Under the pieces are notes generated by a model. It was given only the letters and a program-made list of their open reading frames with translations, ran no database searches and was not told the DNA's origin. The translations under genes and the position numbers were made by a program. A DNA stretch of 64,000 nt from an uncultured bacterium (GTDB taxonomy: Bacteria; Bacillota_I; Bacilli_A; RFN20; CAG-826): contig CASDYZ010000007.1 in NCBI GenBank assembly GCA_949285325.1, positions 82,657 to 146,656 on the forward strand, written 5' to 3'. Shown here one piece after another: positions 42,243-52,134 of the stretch. How positions within the stretch are numbered: position 1 is the stretch's first letter; the number at the start of each line of letters is the position of its first letter.

Positions 42243-45200
42243 ATGGCAACGATTAATGAACAAGTTGAAGAATATAGAGAAACAGAAGTTTTAAAATTGT
42301 ATAAAGAACATAAAGACGAGATTATTCGTGATTTAAATAGAGAAAAAAGTACAAAAGATGACTACAACGGTAGAGTAATTTTAGAATTGTTACAAAACGC
42401 TGTTGACCAAGCAATAGATGGTGAAACAGTAAAAATATTTATTAGTTTAGAAAACAATGAGTTAATTATTAAAAACACAGGCGAACCTTTTGATTTTGAA
42501 GGTGTAAAAAGTGTTATGAAATCCGATCATTCGCCAAAAGCTGAAGATCAAAACACTATCGGATATAAAGGGCTTGGGTTTCGTTCGGTAATAAACTGGT
42601 CTCATGATATTTCTATTTATAGTCACGATTTAAGCATTAGATTTTCTAACAATTTTAGAAAACAATATTTTGAAAAAAATGGAATATTAGACGAAACAGC
42701 GTTACTAGTAGCACCGCAAATAATAGAAAACATCGACCAAGACGGATATGACACAATTATCAAGATTAAAATTGATAACGAAACAAAAATAGAAGAAGTA
42801 AAATCACAACTTAACAATATCAATAAATATACTTTGTTGTTTTTAGACAATGTCGATGAATTATCTATTAAAATAGATAATAGAACTAAAAGATATCAAA
42901 GAAAAGAAAAAGAAGATGAAGTTACAATAATTGATGATGGAAATGAAAACAAATTCAACCTTTTCAAAAAAGAAGAAGAAATAAATGATAAAAAACATAA
43001 AATCGTGATTGCGTATGATCCGGCAATCGATTGTACAAAAAATAAACTTTATTCATATTTTGAAACGAACATTTCTCTTCCTATTAAATGGAAATGTCAT
43101 GTAACATTTGATTTAGAATCAAACAGAAAACATATTGTAGAAAGTGAAGACAATATAAATCTTTTTAAAACATTGATTTCTTTTATTTTAGAAAAAGCAC
43201 AAGAGTTGGCAGAAAAACAAAATCCTAGAACGTATGAATTTTTTGATAGTGTGTTACCAATAATTAAGGCAGAGCATTTATCTTTTGGAATAAATGACGC
43301 ATCACTAATAAGTTTTTTTAAAGATGAAATTGAAAACGCCAAGATTCTTCCAACATTACCAAACGGTTTAGTTTGTTTAAATGATCGACCAATATTTTAT
43401 GAGAATATTCCTGATTTTTTTAAAGATATAGAAAATGAAAAAATTTTATGTGAATCAAATGATAAAGATAGAAACGAAATTTTGAGCAAAATGCTACAAT
43501 ACAACGATTTTAATCCTATGGGCTTAAAAGAACAAATTAATAAAGTGAGTCATGAATATGACGCAAAAACAAATGTTGGCATTTATTTATGGTGGGAGGG
43601 CAAATATAGAAATAATAATAATTGTTTACCAAACGTTTTAAAAAATTCACATGGAGAGTTTATAGAAAAAGACACTAATGTTTATTTTGTGCATAGTAAT
43701 GAAGATTTTGATATTCCAACTTGGGCAAAAATTATCCAACTTGATAAAGAATATGAGCAAGAATTAAAAGAACAAACACAGAAGTTTTTCCCGCATATAT
43801 TTAAAAAAAATAAGGATTCAGTTGAAAGAATAATTGGGGCAAATTCTGGTAAATATCAAATATTATCTCATATCAATTTTCATGATTCTGATATTTCTAA
43901 CATAATTTCTCCTATAAATTCATCGGTAAAGAATGATTTTAAAAAAGCAAAAGAATTTGTTAAGTGGCTATGGAAACATTATTCAAATAGAGATGGGTGG
44001 GTACCACCAGATGAAATAAGATTTAATTTTCCATCAAATAACGAAACAGTTTGTAAAGCCAACGAATTATTTTTAGGACAAAATTATGACAATCCATTAG
44101 GTGATAAATTGTTTCAAGACAATAAATTTGAACCTTTGTTAGACTTTAAAAGACTTAATATAGAACAAGAACAAAAAGAAGATTTTATAAAATTTATTTT
44201 AAAATTTTCGGTAAATAAATTCCCAGTATTACAAAAAACAACTATCGAAGATAGTGATTTTAGAAAGCAATATTCAGAAGAGTGGATAAAAAATAAAATA
44301 TTAGAAATATATGAAAAAGACGAACCAAGATACATTGAATTAAAAAAAGTAGAAACCAACAATATCGAAAAATTAGAAACAATATTAGACAATCTTGAGG
44401 ATTATGAAATTTTTCAGTGGTTGTGTTTTGATGATAAAATCAAGCAAGAAATAGAATTGAAAAACAAAAATCAAATTACAGTTGATTATGATATAAGATC
44501 TTATACCCATAGAAACAATCAAATAATAGAAGATGATGAAAGAAGTTATATCAAATATATAATATCTAAAACTAAATGGATAAATATTGGTGGAGTAAAA
44601 CATGCACCTGTTGAGTGCGTATTTATTAATAAATATGATGTTAAACTAAATGAGTTGCTACATGTTATTGACGAAGAATATATTAAGAATATTTGTAACA
44701 AAGCAAATATTACAAAAGATACATTAAATAAGACAATTAAACATATCGGTATAGCGGAACGTATAAGCAATTTAAAATCCAATGATTTGTATGACTTCTT
44801 ATTAAAATTACCAAATTATGATAAACGGGGGATTATTTCCAAAAAACTATATAACGAATTTTGTGAGCCAGATAATACTATTGATATTACATATTCAGAA
44901 AATAAACAAAGATTTTTTCAAGAAGGACAAGTTTACACTTATAACAGAGATGGTGAAAGTTTTCATCTTGCGTCTGACACATATTTTACTAATAGCATGA
45001 TGATAAATTTAAAGAACAAATATATTATTTTCACTCCAAATAGAAAAGGAAGCTTTGAAACATTTAAAAATGTATTTGGTGTTCAAAAATTTGAAGAAAA
45101 TGTTTCCGTAGTTGAAGGAAGTGAAACAATAAGTCAGCACAATAAAAGTTTCCAAGAAGATTTTAAAGATTTTGTTAAATATGCGAGACATTGGAAAATA

Positions 45201-46685
45201 AAAAATGAAAAACTAGGAGAAGAAATAGATAAGATAACAGTTAAACTTATCACACAAATTAGTTTAGAGGAAAACGGAAAGACCATGATATTCAAAGATA
45301 AATATATCCCAATTTTTAATGGTAAAACATGGTACATAGTAGTGGACGATAGCGATGATGTGAATGATCTTAATATAAGAGAATGCATTGAAAATATTTG
45401 TGGAAAAATTGGAAACACGGAGAATGAGACAATTTTGCGTGAGTTAGGTGAAGTTTATGAAAACAAAAATAATAGATTACAACGTACCGAGAAGTATTTA
45501 GGAGAACCAATATCGATAGAAGACACTGTAATTGAAAACGAGATACGTAAGTCATTTGCAAAAATATTAAATTTAAAATACGAAGATGACGATTTGAAAG
45601 GTATTGATTTTGACAATATTGAATCTTTAGAAGTAGCAGAGTCAATATTTAAACTTTTGAAAAGGCATAATAAAAGCATAAAAGAATTGCGACGAGATAA
45701 TTTTAAGTACATCGATAAAATTAAATTTGAAAACTATTTTCAAAACATGATAAAAAATTTCATCGACACCAATGAAGACAAATACAAGAATTCATTATTT
45801 GTGTCTTATAAAGATAAAGATAGAAAAGACCAAGAACAATTTTTAGATAAGGTTGATGAATTTAAACATTTTTCTCCTGACTTTGACGCAACAAAATTTG
45901 ACATAGATTTTGACGCACAAAAATTAGTTACAAAACATTTTTCAATCATAGGCGATGAGATAGACGCTGAAGCGGACGAAGAATACGAAAACAATTTCAA
46001 AGAATATTTTAGTGATTTATATAATAATGATGAATTTAAAGACTTTCTCATTAGAAACAAAAATTATAAATCTTTAATTTATTTTATTAATGACACCAGT
46101 GGAGATATCGTAGATGAAATTAAAAATAAATATAACGGTCAAAAACAATTAAGTTTAGAGGATATCTACCCTTCAATCAGCGGAGAACAAAATCGCGCTA
46201 TAGATGATTTTATAGTGACAAAGAGTAAGTTTGAACCTAACATCACATCAACAAACAAAGGCGCAAATTCAAAAGAACATGTGAAAACATCTAATGAAAT
46301 TGAAAGAGAAAATCGTAAGAAAAGGAAAAGTGGAAAACAAGCAGAAGAAATAGTATACAATTCTTTAAAGGACCGTATACCTTCTTTAAAATGGACTTCA
46401 GAAAGTTCGTCTTGTGCAAGTCAAAGAGGAAATTCACAAAAATACGATATGGAATATATCAAAGATGGAGAGAAACACTATATAGAAGTCAAGGCGGGCG
46501 TCACATCTTTTTATATGTCTAGAAGTGAATATGATTTTTCACAAGAGAATAAAGATGTCTATGAAATATATTTAGTTGATTCAGACGCTACAAAAATAGA
46601 TGGCCCACACACGATAGGTGAATTTGAAGGCGCGAAAGAAGTTAATGAATATATCTTTAATTTTAAAAAAGTTACTGACAATTAA
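42243..46685 (+). CDS. Giant sacsin/HSP90-like GHKL ATPase with C-terminal DUF3883 (restriction-endonuclease-like) domain
   Basis: Bergerat-fold N-box ILELLQNAVDQA and G2 box IGYKGLGFRSVINWS at the N-terminus. A C-terminal DUF3883-like block (GKQAEEIVYNSLKDRIPSLKWTSE...KYDMEYIKDGEKHYIEVKAG...YEIYLV) closes the 1480 aa protein. Confidence 0.65.
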   Translation: MATINEQVEEYRETEVLKLYKEHKDEIIRDLNREKSTKDDYNGRVILELLQNAVDQAIDGETVKIFISLENNELIIKNTGEPFDFEGVKSVMKSDHSPKAEDQNTIGYKGLGFRSVINWSHDISIYSHDLSIRFSNNFRKQYFEKNGILDETALLVAPQIIENIDQDGYDTIIKIKIDNETKIEEVKSQLNNINKYTLLFLDNVDELSIKIDNRTKRYQRKEKEDEVTIIDDGNENKFNLFKKEEEINDKKHKIVIAYDPAIDCTKNKLYSYFETNISLPIKWKCHVTFDLESNRKHIVESEDNINLFKTLISFILEKAQELAEKQNPRTYEFFDSVLPIIKAEHLSFGINDASLISFFKDEIENAKILPTLPNGLVCLNDRPIFYENIPDFFKDIENEKILCESNDKDRNEILSKMLQYNDFNPMGLKEQINKVSHEYDAKTNVGIYLWWEGKYRNNNNCLPNVLKNSHGEFIEKDTNVYFVHSNEDFDIPTWAKIIQLDKEYEQELKEQTQKFFPHIFKKNKDSVERIIGANSGKYQILSHINFHDSDISNIISPINSSVKNDFKKAKEFVKWLWKHYSNRDGWVPPDEIRFNFPSNNETVCKANELFLGQNYDNPLGDKLFQDNKFEPLLDFKRLNIEQEQKEDFIKFILKFSVNKFPVLQKTTIEDSDFRKQYSEEWIKNKILEIYEKDEPRYIELKKVETNNIEKLETILDNLEDYEIFQWLCFDDKIKQEIELKNKNQITVDYDIRSYTHRNNQIIEDDERSYIKYIISKTKWINIGGVKHAPVECVFINKYDVKLNELLHVIDEEYIKNICNKANITKDTLNKTIKHIGIAERISNLKSNDLYDFLLKLPNYDKRGIISKKLYNEFCEPDNTIDITYSENKQRFFQEGQVYTYNRDGESFHLASDTYFTNSMMINLKNKYIIFTPNRKGSFETFKNVFGVQKFEENVSVVEGSETISQHNKSFQEDFKDFVKYARHWKIKNEKLGEEIDKITVKLITQISLEENGKTMIFKDKYIPIFNGKTWYIVVDDSDDVNDLNIRECIENICGKIGNTENETILRELGEVYENKNNRLQRTEKYLGEPISIEDTVIENEIRKSFAKILNLKYEDDDLKGIDFDNIESLEVAESIFKLLKRHNKSIKELRRDNFKYIDKIKFENYFQNMIKNFIDTNEDKYKNSLFVSYKDKDRKDQEQFLDKVDEFKHFSPDFDATKFDIDFDAQKLVTKHFSIIGDEIDAEADEEYENNFKEYFSDLYNNDEFKDFLIRNKNYKSLIYFINDTSGDIVDEIKNKYNGQKQLSLEDIYPSISGEQNRAIDDFIVTKSKFEPNITSTNKGANSKEHVKTSNEIERENRKKRKSGKQAEEIVYNSLKDRIPSLKWTSESSSCASQRGNSQKYDMEYIKDGEKHYIEVKAGVTSFYMSRSEYDFSQENKDVYEIYLVDSDATKIDGPHTIGEFEGAKEVNEYIFNFKKVTDN

Positions 46686-46831
46686 TTATTAATTCAACAT
46701 CATTTTTATAAAAATCAAAGCAAAACGAGCATATTTAATATATATTTACATTAATATTTGATTAATTTAATTAGTTTTGCTATGTGTGTAAACAATGGAC
46801 TTTAAAATAAAAATATTTGATAATTGTATTT

Positions 46832-49800
46832 ATGAAACATTTCTTGCTTTTGATAGATATAGACCATCTTGCTGTTTCTAATAATTTTAATAAAAGCATG
46901 TTTGATTTTGTTTTTAATCGTGGCGGTTTTCATCTTGCAAATTCTCTTACCGCCAGCAAGAATAAAAAGCTTTTTGGTGAATATAAAAATATAGATGATA
47001 ATTTTAATGAATTTGAACCAGTGATAGAGAGTTGTTATTTTGATTTATGGCAAGGTAGATTTAAGAATCTAATCATATCTTTTTATGATGTGACAAATAG
47101 TCTTAATTATGGTCTAGTTAAATATAACATTAAAACTAAGATGTTTGAGTTATATTATGTGAATAAAGATAGAGATAAGTTTATTGAGAACAATGATGTT
47201 GATGATATTTTAGATAAAGATTTAAGTGATAAGATTATCGATTATGTCTCGTCTTTAGATGTAGAGACACTAGGTGAATTGTCTAGCAATGTTTATGTGT
47301 CAAAAGAAAATAAACTATTGATTATTGATCAATCTAAAATAAGTGAAAACACTAAAACGATACTTAATGTAATGTTATCTAATAAATTAAATACGACAAA
47401 CATCATCAATATTAAAAATGTCGCGGTGGATATTGAAGATTTAAATAATCCACTATACGTATATGTTGAATTTGAATGCAAAGATAAAAAATATGAGTAT
47501 TGGTTTTATGATGAGGAATTAAAAGATATCGATGTATTAGATTATGGTGAAATTAAAGATACTTGGCTAGATATATTTATCAACAAAGCAGAAGAAGAAT
47601 TTATAAGACAAAATAAAAAGATTCTTATAGATGTTTTAAATAAGAAAAACAAAGATGATGCGTTTAATGTGTTATCTAAATTATATAAAAAATTTAAACT
47701 TGTTAAATGTGACGATGGATATGGATATATAGAACTAAATAGCGACCCCTTTATATATTTAGACGACGATAATGTCAAAATCAAAACTAGTAGAAATATC
47801 GATGACGATAGTTATGTTGTGTTTGATTATATAAACATCATAGACAATAAAAATGAAATTAAGAAAGTAATCGATAGATATATATCAAGTAAGCCAAAAG
47901 AATACGATACATTTATAAAGGAAGTAGATGAATTTATAAATAACATATACGACCTAGATACATCAAAACAAATTGCGTTAAAGTTATTAGAAAAAGCTAA
48001 TAATTTATCGCCGTACGATAAAACGACAACGATATATGAAAAAGCATATCAACAACTTAAAAATAAGTATAATCAATTGATCAATGTCAATAAAACTAAA
48101 GTCAGCAATTGTTTAACGTTGTTAAATAAAATAGTGGATATCAATACGTATAACACCTATTGTGATGCATTTAACGATGCAGTGGAAGAGTGTAGTGAAG
48201 GTGAATTAAGCGCTTTTAAAAATGAATACGATGATTTTTTAAATAAGTATGGATATATATCAAATTATCCATCGACACACACTGTATATAGAAGAGTGTT
48301 TATAAGAAAAAGTGTGCTAGAAGATTTAAAAAAACTAGATATTGAAAATAAGGGATTAAAAATATTGTCGGTGATGGATGATATCGTCGATAATTTAAAG
48401 ACACTGCCAGGTAATGAACTTGGTAAATATTTATTAAATAAAGGTTTAAATTTTCCAATTAAAAATGATAGGTCGATTAAAAAGATAAGGATACTTAGAA
48501 ACGCAAAATATAGATTGTTATTTGTCTATGGTTCTGATTTAAATGATGTAGAAAGAAATACTAATTCCAACAGCGTTTATATCTTTGCCCTAACTATGCA
48601 TAAAAAGGACAGCGGTGAACTATATACACTAGCAAAAACAAAACCAAACAAATATAAAATTAATGATTTTATTATCTATCCAAAAAACAAATTGATTAAA
48701 ATACCAGAATGTACATCTAAACAGTATGAGATTGCCTCTAGTTATAAAAATAGACCACTCGTCACTTTTGGGTGTGCGGGAAGTGGGAAAACGACTGTGT
48801 CCATCGAACAATATGTCAATATTGTATATAACAACTTCAACTGCGCTTCACCTAAGGTAGATGAACTTGTCTATATAACATTTCATAAAGGTTTATCAGA
48901 CAAAGTTAAAAAAGATTTACTAGAATTTCACATCGATGGTAATTGTTATAAATTAGATGAATATTTTGCTTATGTAGTGGGGGAAGAATATAACAAAGCA
49001 CAAATCATCGATGAACATGTCTTTGTCAGTTGGTTTAATAAAACATATTCAAAAAGTGAGATTAAAAAGAATAAGTCAAAAAAGAAAAATAAAATAAGCC
49101 CACTTTTAAATAAGCCAGATATTGCAAGATTAATTTATACATATTACCGTGGAGTATTTAAAGGTAGCAAAGAACTTTATAATTCAAAAGACAATTATCT
49201 AGATAAAGATACATTTATGTTGGAGATGAGTGGTGAGACTTATCTAAGTGATGAAGAGAAAAACGCCATATATTTGTTTTGTTTAGAATTTAATGACTAC
49301 GCTTTTAAAAACAATTTATTAAGCGACAATGACTACGCACTTAAAGTTATAAGACAATCGTCATTTGATATTAAAAAAACAAACTGCATCATCATCGATG
49401 AGGTGCAAGATTTAACTGAGATTGAAACAATCGCGACCATTTTAACTCTTAACGATGACAGTGCGAGGATATATTTTTATGGCGATCCTCATCAAAGTAT
49501 TAATCCAAATGTATTTGATAGTTCGACTATCAATAGGGTTTATACCGCTTTAGGTAAATCGACATCGAGTGAAAACGCTCCTCTTACTATCACTTATAGG
49601 ACTAATAAGCATCTAATTAAATATTTAAATCAACTTCTTAAATACCGTGATAAGTGGATAGGGGCCACTAAAGAAGAACTATCGCAGATAGAAGAGCCGC
49701 CTATAATGGATGAAGATACTTCTTGGGCGGGGTACGTCACTAATAAAGAGTTATATAACAAAATATTTATCACTAATCCTAGGAGTATGATTATTACCCC

Positions 49801-50605
49801 AAGTGAAGAGATAAGAGAAAAATTATTAGATAAATATAAACAGATAGATAAAGAACGTGTCATCACTATATACGACGCGAAAGGGATGGAGTGGGACACG
49901 ATTATCATGTACAACATCTTCAGCGATTATAAGACATATTTTTTAGACATGATTTTAGAAAACGGGTGTGCGAAGAAAAGTACAATTCATAGGATGACGT
50001 TTAATAAATATTATGTTGGTTGTACAAGGAGTACGAAAAGCTTTGTCATCGTCGAAGAAGATGAAGACATATTTAAAAAAGATAATCCGATTTTTAAAAC
50101 GTTATTATCTTCTTTTGCCCCTATTTCAAAAAAAGAACAAATCGATACTTATATATTAGAAGATAATACTTTTGATGCGTGGTATAAAGAGGCAGTGCAA
50201 AACTTAAGTAACGACAATACATCGACATTTGAACACGCTTTAAAACATGCGAGAAGTCTAGCTAAAACAAATGAAGAAATTAGGATGGTCAATAGTCTAA
50301 TCGACGGCACACCTGAACATCTTGAAAGAAGCGCATTTAAATATCTTGAAGAAGGTGAATATGATTTATCACTAAGTACATTTATCAAATGTAATAAAAT
50401 AAATAAACGATATGGCCCATATATCATATTATGCGCGCTTCTATGTGGTAGAAATATAACTGATGAACATTTAAAAGAAATATTAAAACATCAAGAATTA
50501 TTTGATAAATATCCTTCTGCCCTACCTAAACTTATGACACAGAAAGTATTTATAAATAAATTGACGACATTATCTAATAGATTATTTAACAAGGAGGAAA
50601 AATGA
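46832..50605 (+). CDS. UvrD/Rep-like superfamily 1 helicase with long N-terminal extension containing a RelE/ParE-like segment
   Basis: Walker A VTFGCAGSGKTTVS, Walker B IIDEVQDLT, motif IV-like TYRTNKHLI and motif VI-like YYVGCTRSTKSFVIV. Upstream of the P-loop, KIRILRNAKYRLLFVYGSD...VYIFALTMHKKD resembles the RelE/ParE toxin fold. Alternative start at 46817. Confidence 0.7.
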   Translation: MKHFLLLIDIDHLAVSNNFNKSMFDFVFNRGGFHLANSLTASKNKKLFGEYKNIDDNFNEFEPVIESCYFDLWQGRFKNLIISFYDVTNSLNYGLVKYNIKTKMFELYYVNKDRDKFIENNDVDDILDKDLSDKIIDYVSSLDVETLGELSSNVYVSKENKLLIIDQSKISENTKTILNVMLSNKLNTTNIINIKNVAVDIEDLNNPLYVYVEFECKDKKYEYWFYDEELKDIDVLDYGEIKDTWLDIFINKAEEEFIRQNKKILIDVLNKKNKDDAFNVLSKLYKKFKLVKCDDGYGYIELNSDPFIYLDDDNVKIKTSRNIDDDSYVVFDYINIIDNKNEIKKVIDRYISSKPKEYDTFIKEVDEFINNIYDLDTSKQIALKLLEKANNLSPYDKTTTIYEKAYQQLKNKYNQLINVNKTKVSNCLTLLNKIVDINTYNTYCDAFNDAVEECSEGELSAFKNEYDDFLNKYGYISNYPSTHTVYRRVFIRKSVLEDLKKLDIENKGLKILSVMDDIVDNLKTLPGNELGKYLLNKGLNFPIKNDRSIKKIRILRNAKYRLLFVYGSDLNDVERNTNSNSVYIFALTMHKKDSGELYTLAKTKPNKYKINDFIIYPKNKLIKIPECTSKQYEIASSYKNRPLVTFGCAGSGKTTVSIEQYVNIVYNNFNCASPKVDELVYITFHKGLSDKVKKDLLEFHIDGNCYKLDEYFAYVVGEEYNKAQIIDEHVFVSWFNKTYSKSEIKKNKSKKKNKISPLLNKPDIARLIYTYYRGVFKGSKELYNSKDNYLDKDTFMLEMSGETYLSDEEKNAIYLFCLEFNDYAFKNNLLSDNDYALKVIRQSSFDIKKTNCIIIDEVQDLTEIETIATILTLNDDSARIYFYGDPHQSINPNVFDSSTINRVYTALGKSTSSENAPLTITYRTNKHLIKYLNQLLKYRDKWIGATKEELSQIEEPPIMDEDTSWAGYVTNKELYNKIFITNPRSMIITPSEEIREKLLDKYKQIDKERVITIYDAKGMEWDTIIMYNIFSDYKTYFLDMILENGCAKKSTIHRMTFNKYYVGCTRSTKSFVIVEEDEDIFKKDNPIFKTLLSSFAPISKKEQIDTYILEDNTFDAWYKEAVQNLSNDNTSTFEHALKHARSLAKTNEEIRMVNSLIDGTPEHLERSAFKYLEEGEYDLSLSTFIKCNKINKRYGPYIILCALLCGRNITDEHLKEILKHQELFDKYPSALPKLMTQKVFINKLTTLSNRLFNKEEK

Positions 50606-51150
50606 TGGAAGAAGAAAATAAACTTACTGTAGAGGAAATGAGATCGCTTATATCTATATCTACTCTCTTACCAGCTTTGCTTGATAAAATTATGTCTATC
50701 CATAAAGATATTGAAGAACTTAAAAAAGAATTTAAAGACATGAAAGACAAATTTAACAACAACACATCCGCGGTTTTGTCATACAAAGATGAAGTTGATG
50801 ACATGATTAAGAAAAACAATATTAAAAGTGAATTAGATGACATCAAACAAAATATTTTAAAGATTGAAAATAGTGTTTTAAATATGACTAAAAGTTCAAC
50901 CAAAAATAAAAGCGATGATAAAACAAAAATAGTCAGTGAAGAAAAAGAAGAAGATGATGATGAAATCAAATCGATGGCGGACAAAATCTTAATGGATCAC
51001 AAAGGCCGTAAATCGAGGCTTTTAACAGTCATCGATATTAAAAAAGCATTTAAGGTAGACGATAAAAAAGCAAGAGAAGTCATACAATATTTTATTGATA
51101 AAAAGATGTATGATGAACAGATGCGCATATTAAAATTCCCTAAAAAATAG
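50602..51150 (+). CDS. Small acidic coiled-coil protein, translationally coupled to the upstream helicase
   Basis: 182 aa, Glu/Asp/Lys-rich with heptad-like periodicity. ATGATGG overlaps the helicase stop. A possible winged-helix-like C-terminus is inference only. Confidence 0.45.
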   Translation: MMEEENKLTVEEMRSLISISTLLPALLDKIMSIHKDIEELKKEFKDMKDKFNNNTSAVLSYKDEVDDMIKKNNIKSELDDIKQNILKIENSVLNMTKSSTKNKSDDKTKIVSEEKEEDDDEIKSMADKILMDHKGRKSRLLTVIDIKKAFKVDDKKAREVIQYFIDKKMYDEQMRILKFPKK

Positions 51151-51171
51151 TAGAAGTGGCACAATATAAAT

Positions 51172-52083
51172 ATGCGTTATTTATTTTTTGACATTGAATG
51201 TGCTGATGGGATGTTTGCCATATGTGAATTTGGTTATGTCATATGCGACGAGAATTTTAAAATAACTCATAAGAGAAATATATTAATTAATCCCAGGAGT
51301 AAATTTAGATTAACAAATAGAAAGAAGTCTAAAGATTTAGCTCTTACTTACCCTATAGAAGAATATATTAAACATAATGAATTTAATGAATTTTATGACA
51401 ACATCAAATTTTTATTGACGCAGAAGAACATAAAGATATTTGGATACGCGGTTAATAACGATATTAGTTTTTTGTTTAGAGACACTCTTCGATACAATTT
51501 AAAATTGTTTGATTTTAGTTGTTACGATGTACAAAAGATGCTTAATATATTTTCAAGCAACAACAACGCATCAACATCTTTAGAAAAAGCATATACAAAT
51601 TTAGTAAAAGATAAAGTAGACATTAAACATCACCACGCGCTTTGCGACGCATATAAGAGTATGCTTATCTTTAAAGCAATGGTGGAGGCACTAGACACGA
51701 GTGTCGAGCAGTTTATCTCGCTTTGCTCGTCTTCATTTATAAACGCTTTATCGAGTTGGAATAAAACGCAAAAGAATGAACAAAATAAAAGGCAGAAGAG
51801 AAAATGGGATAAATTTGTATCAAGTTATAAAAATAAAATCGATAACGATAAAACAATTTATGTCAGTGATTTAATTTATTTAAATGATAAGCAGTTTGAA
51901 GTTATAACAAAATATATTAAAGATAATAATTTAATACCAACTAAATCGATAAGTGCTTGTTACCTCGTGTTCTTAGATGAAAAAGAGAAGAACAAGAGAC
52001 TTATAAAGATAAAAGAATTTATAAAAGGTGAAATATTAATCTATCAAGATATATTAAATAAAATGAAAAGTAACAATAAGTAA
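51172..52083 (+). CDS. DEDDh-family 3'-5' exonuclease (DnaQ-like)
   Basis: Exo I motif FFDIEC, Exo II GYAVNNDISFL and Exo III HHALCDAYKS (the H-x4-D of DEDDh). It starts 21 nt after the upstream gene. Confidence 0.7.
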   Translation: MRYLFFDIECADGMFAICEFGYVICDENFKITHKRNILINPRSKFRLTNRKKSKDLALTYPIEEYIKHNEFNEFYDNIKFLLTQKNIKIFGYAVNNDISFLFRDTLRYNLKLFDFSCYDVQKMLNIFSSNNNASTSLEKAYTNLVKDKVDIKHHHALCDAYKSMLIFKAMVEALDTSVEQFISLCSSSFINALSSWNKTQKNEQNKRQKRKWDKFVSSYKNKIDNDKTIYVSDLIYLNDKQFEVITKYIKDNNLIPTKSISACYLVFLDEKEKNKRLIKIKEFIKGEILIYQDILNKMKSNNK

Positions 52084-52134
52084 CGTTTAAATAACAACCA
52101 TATACACTATATTAAAAGTGGATGGTGAACAAAT

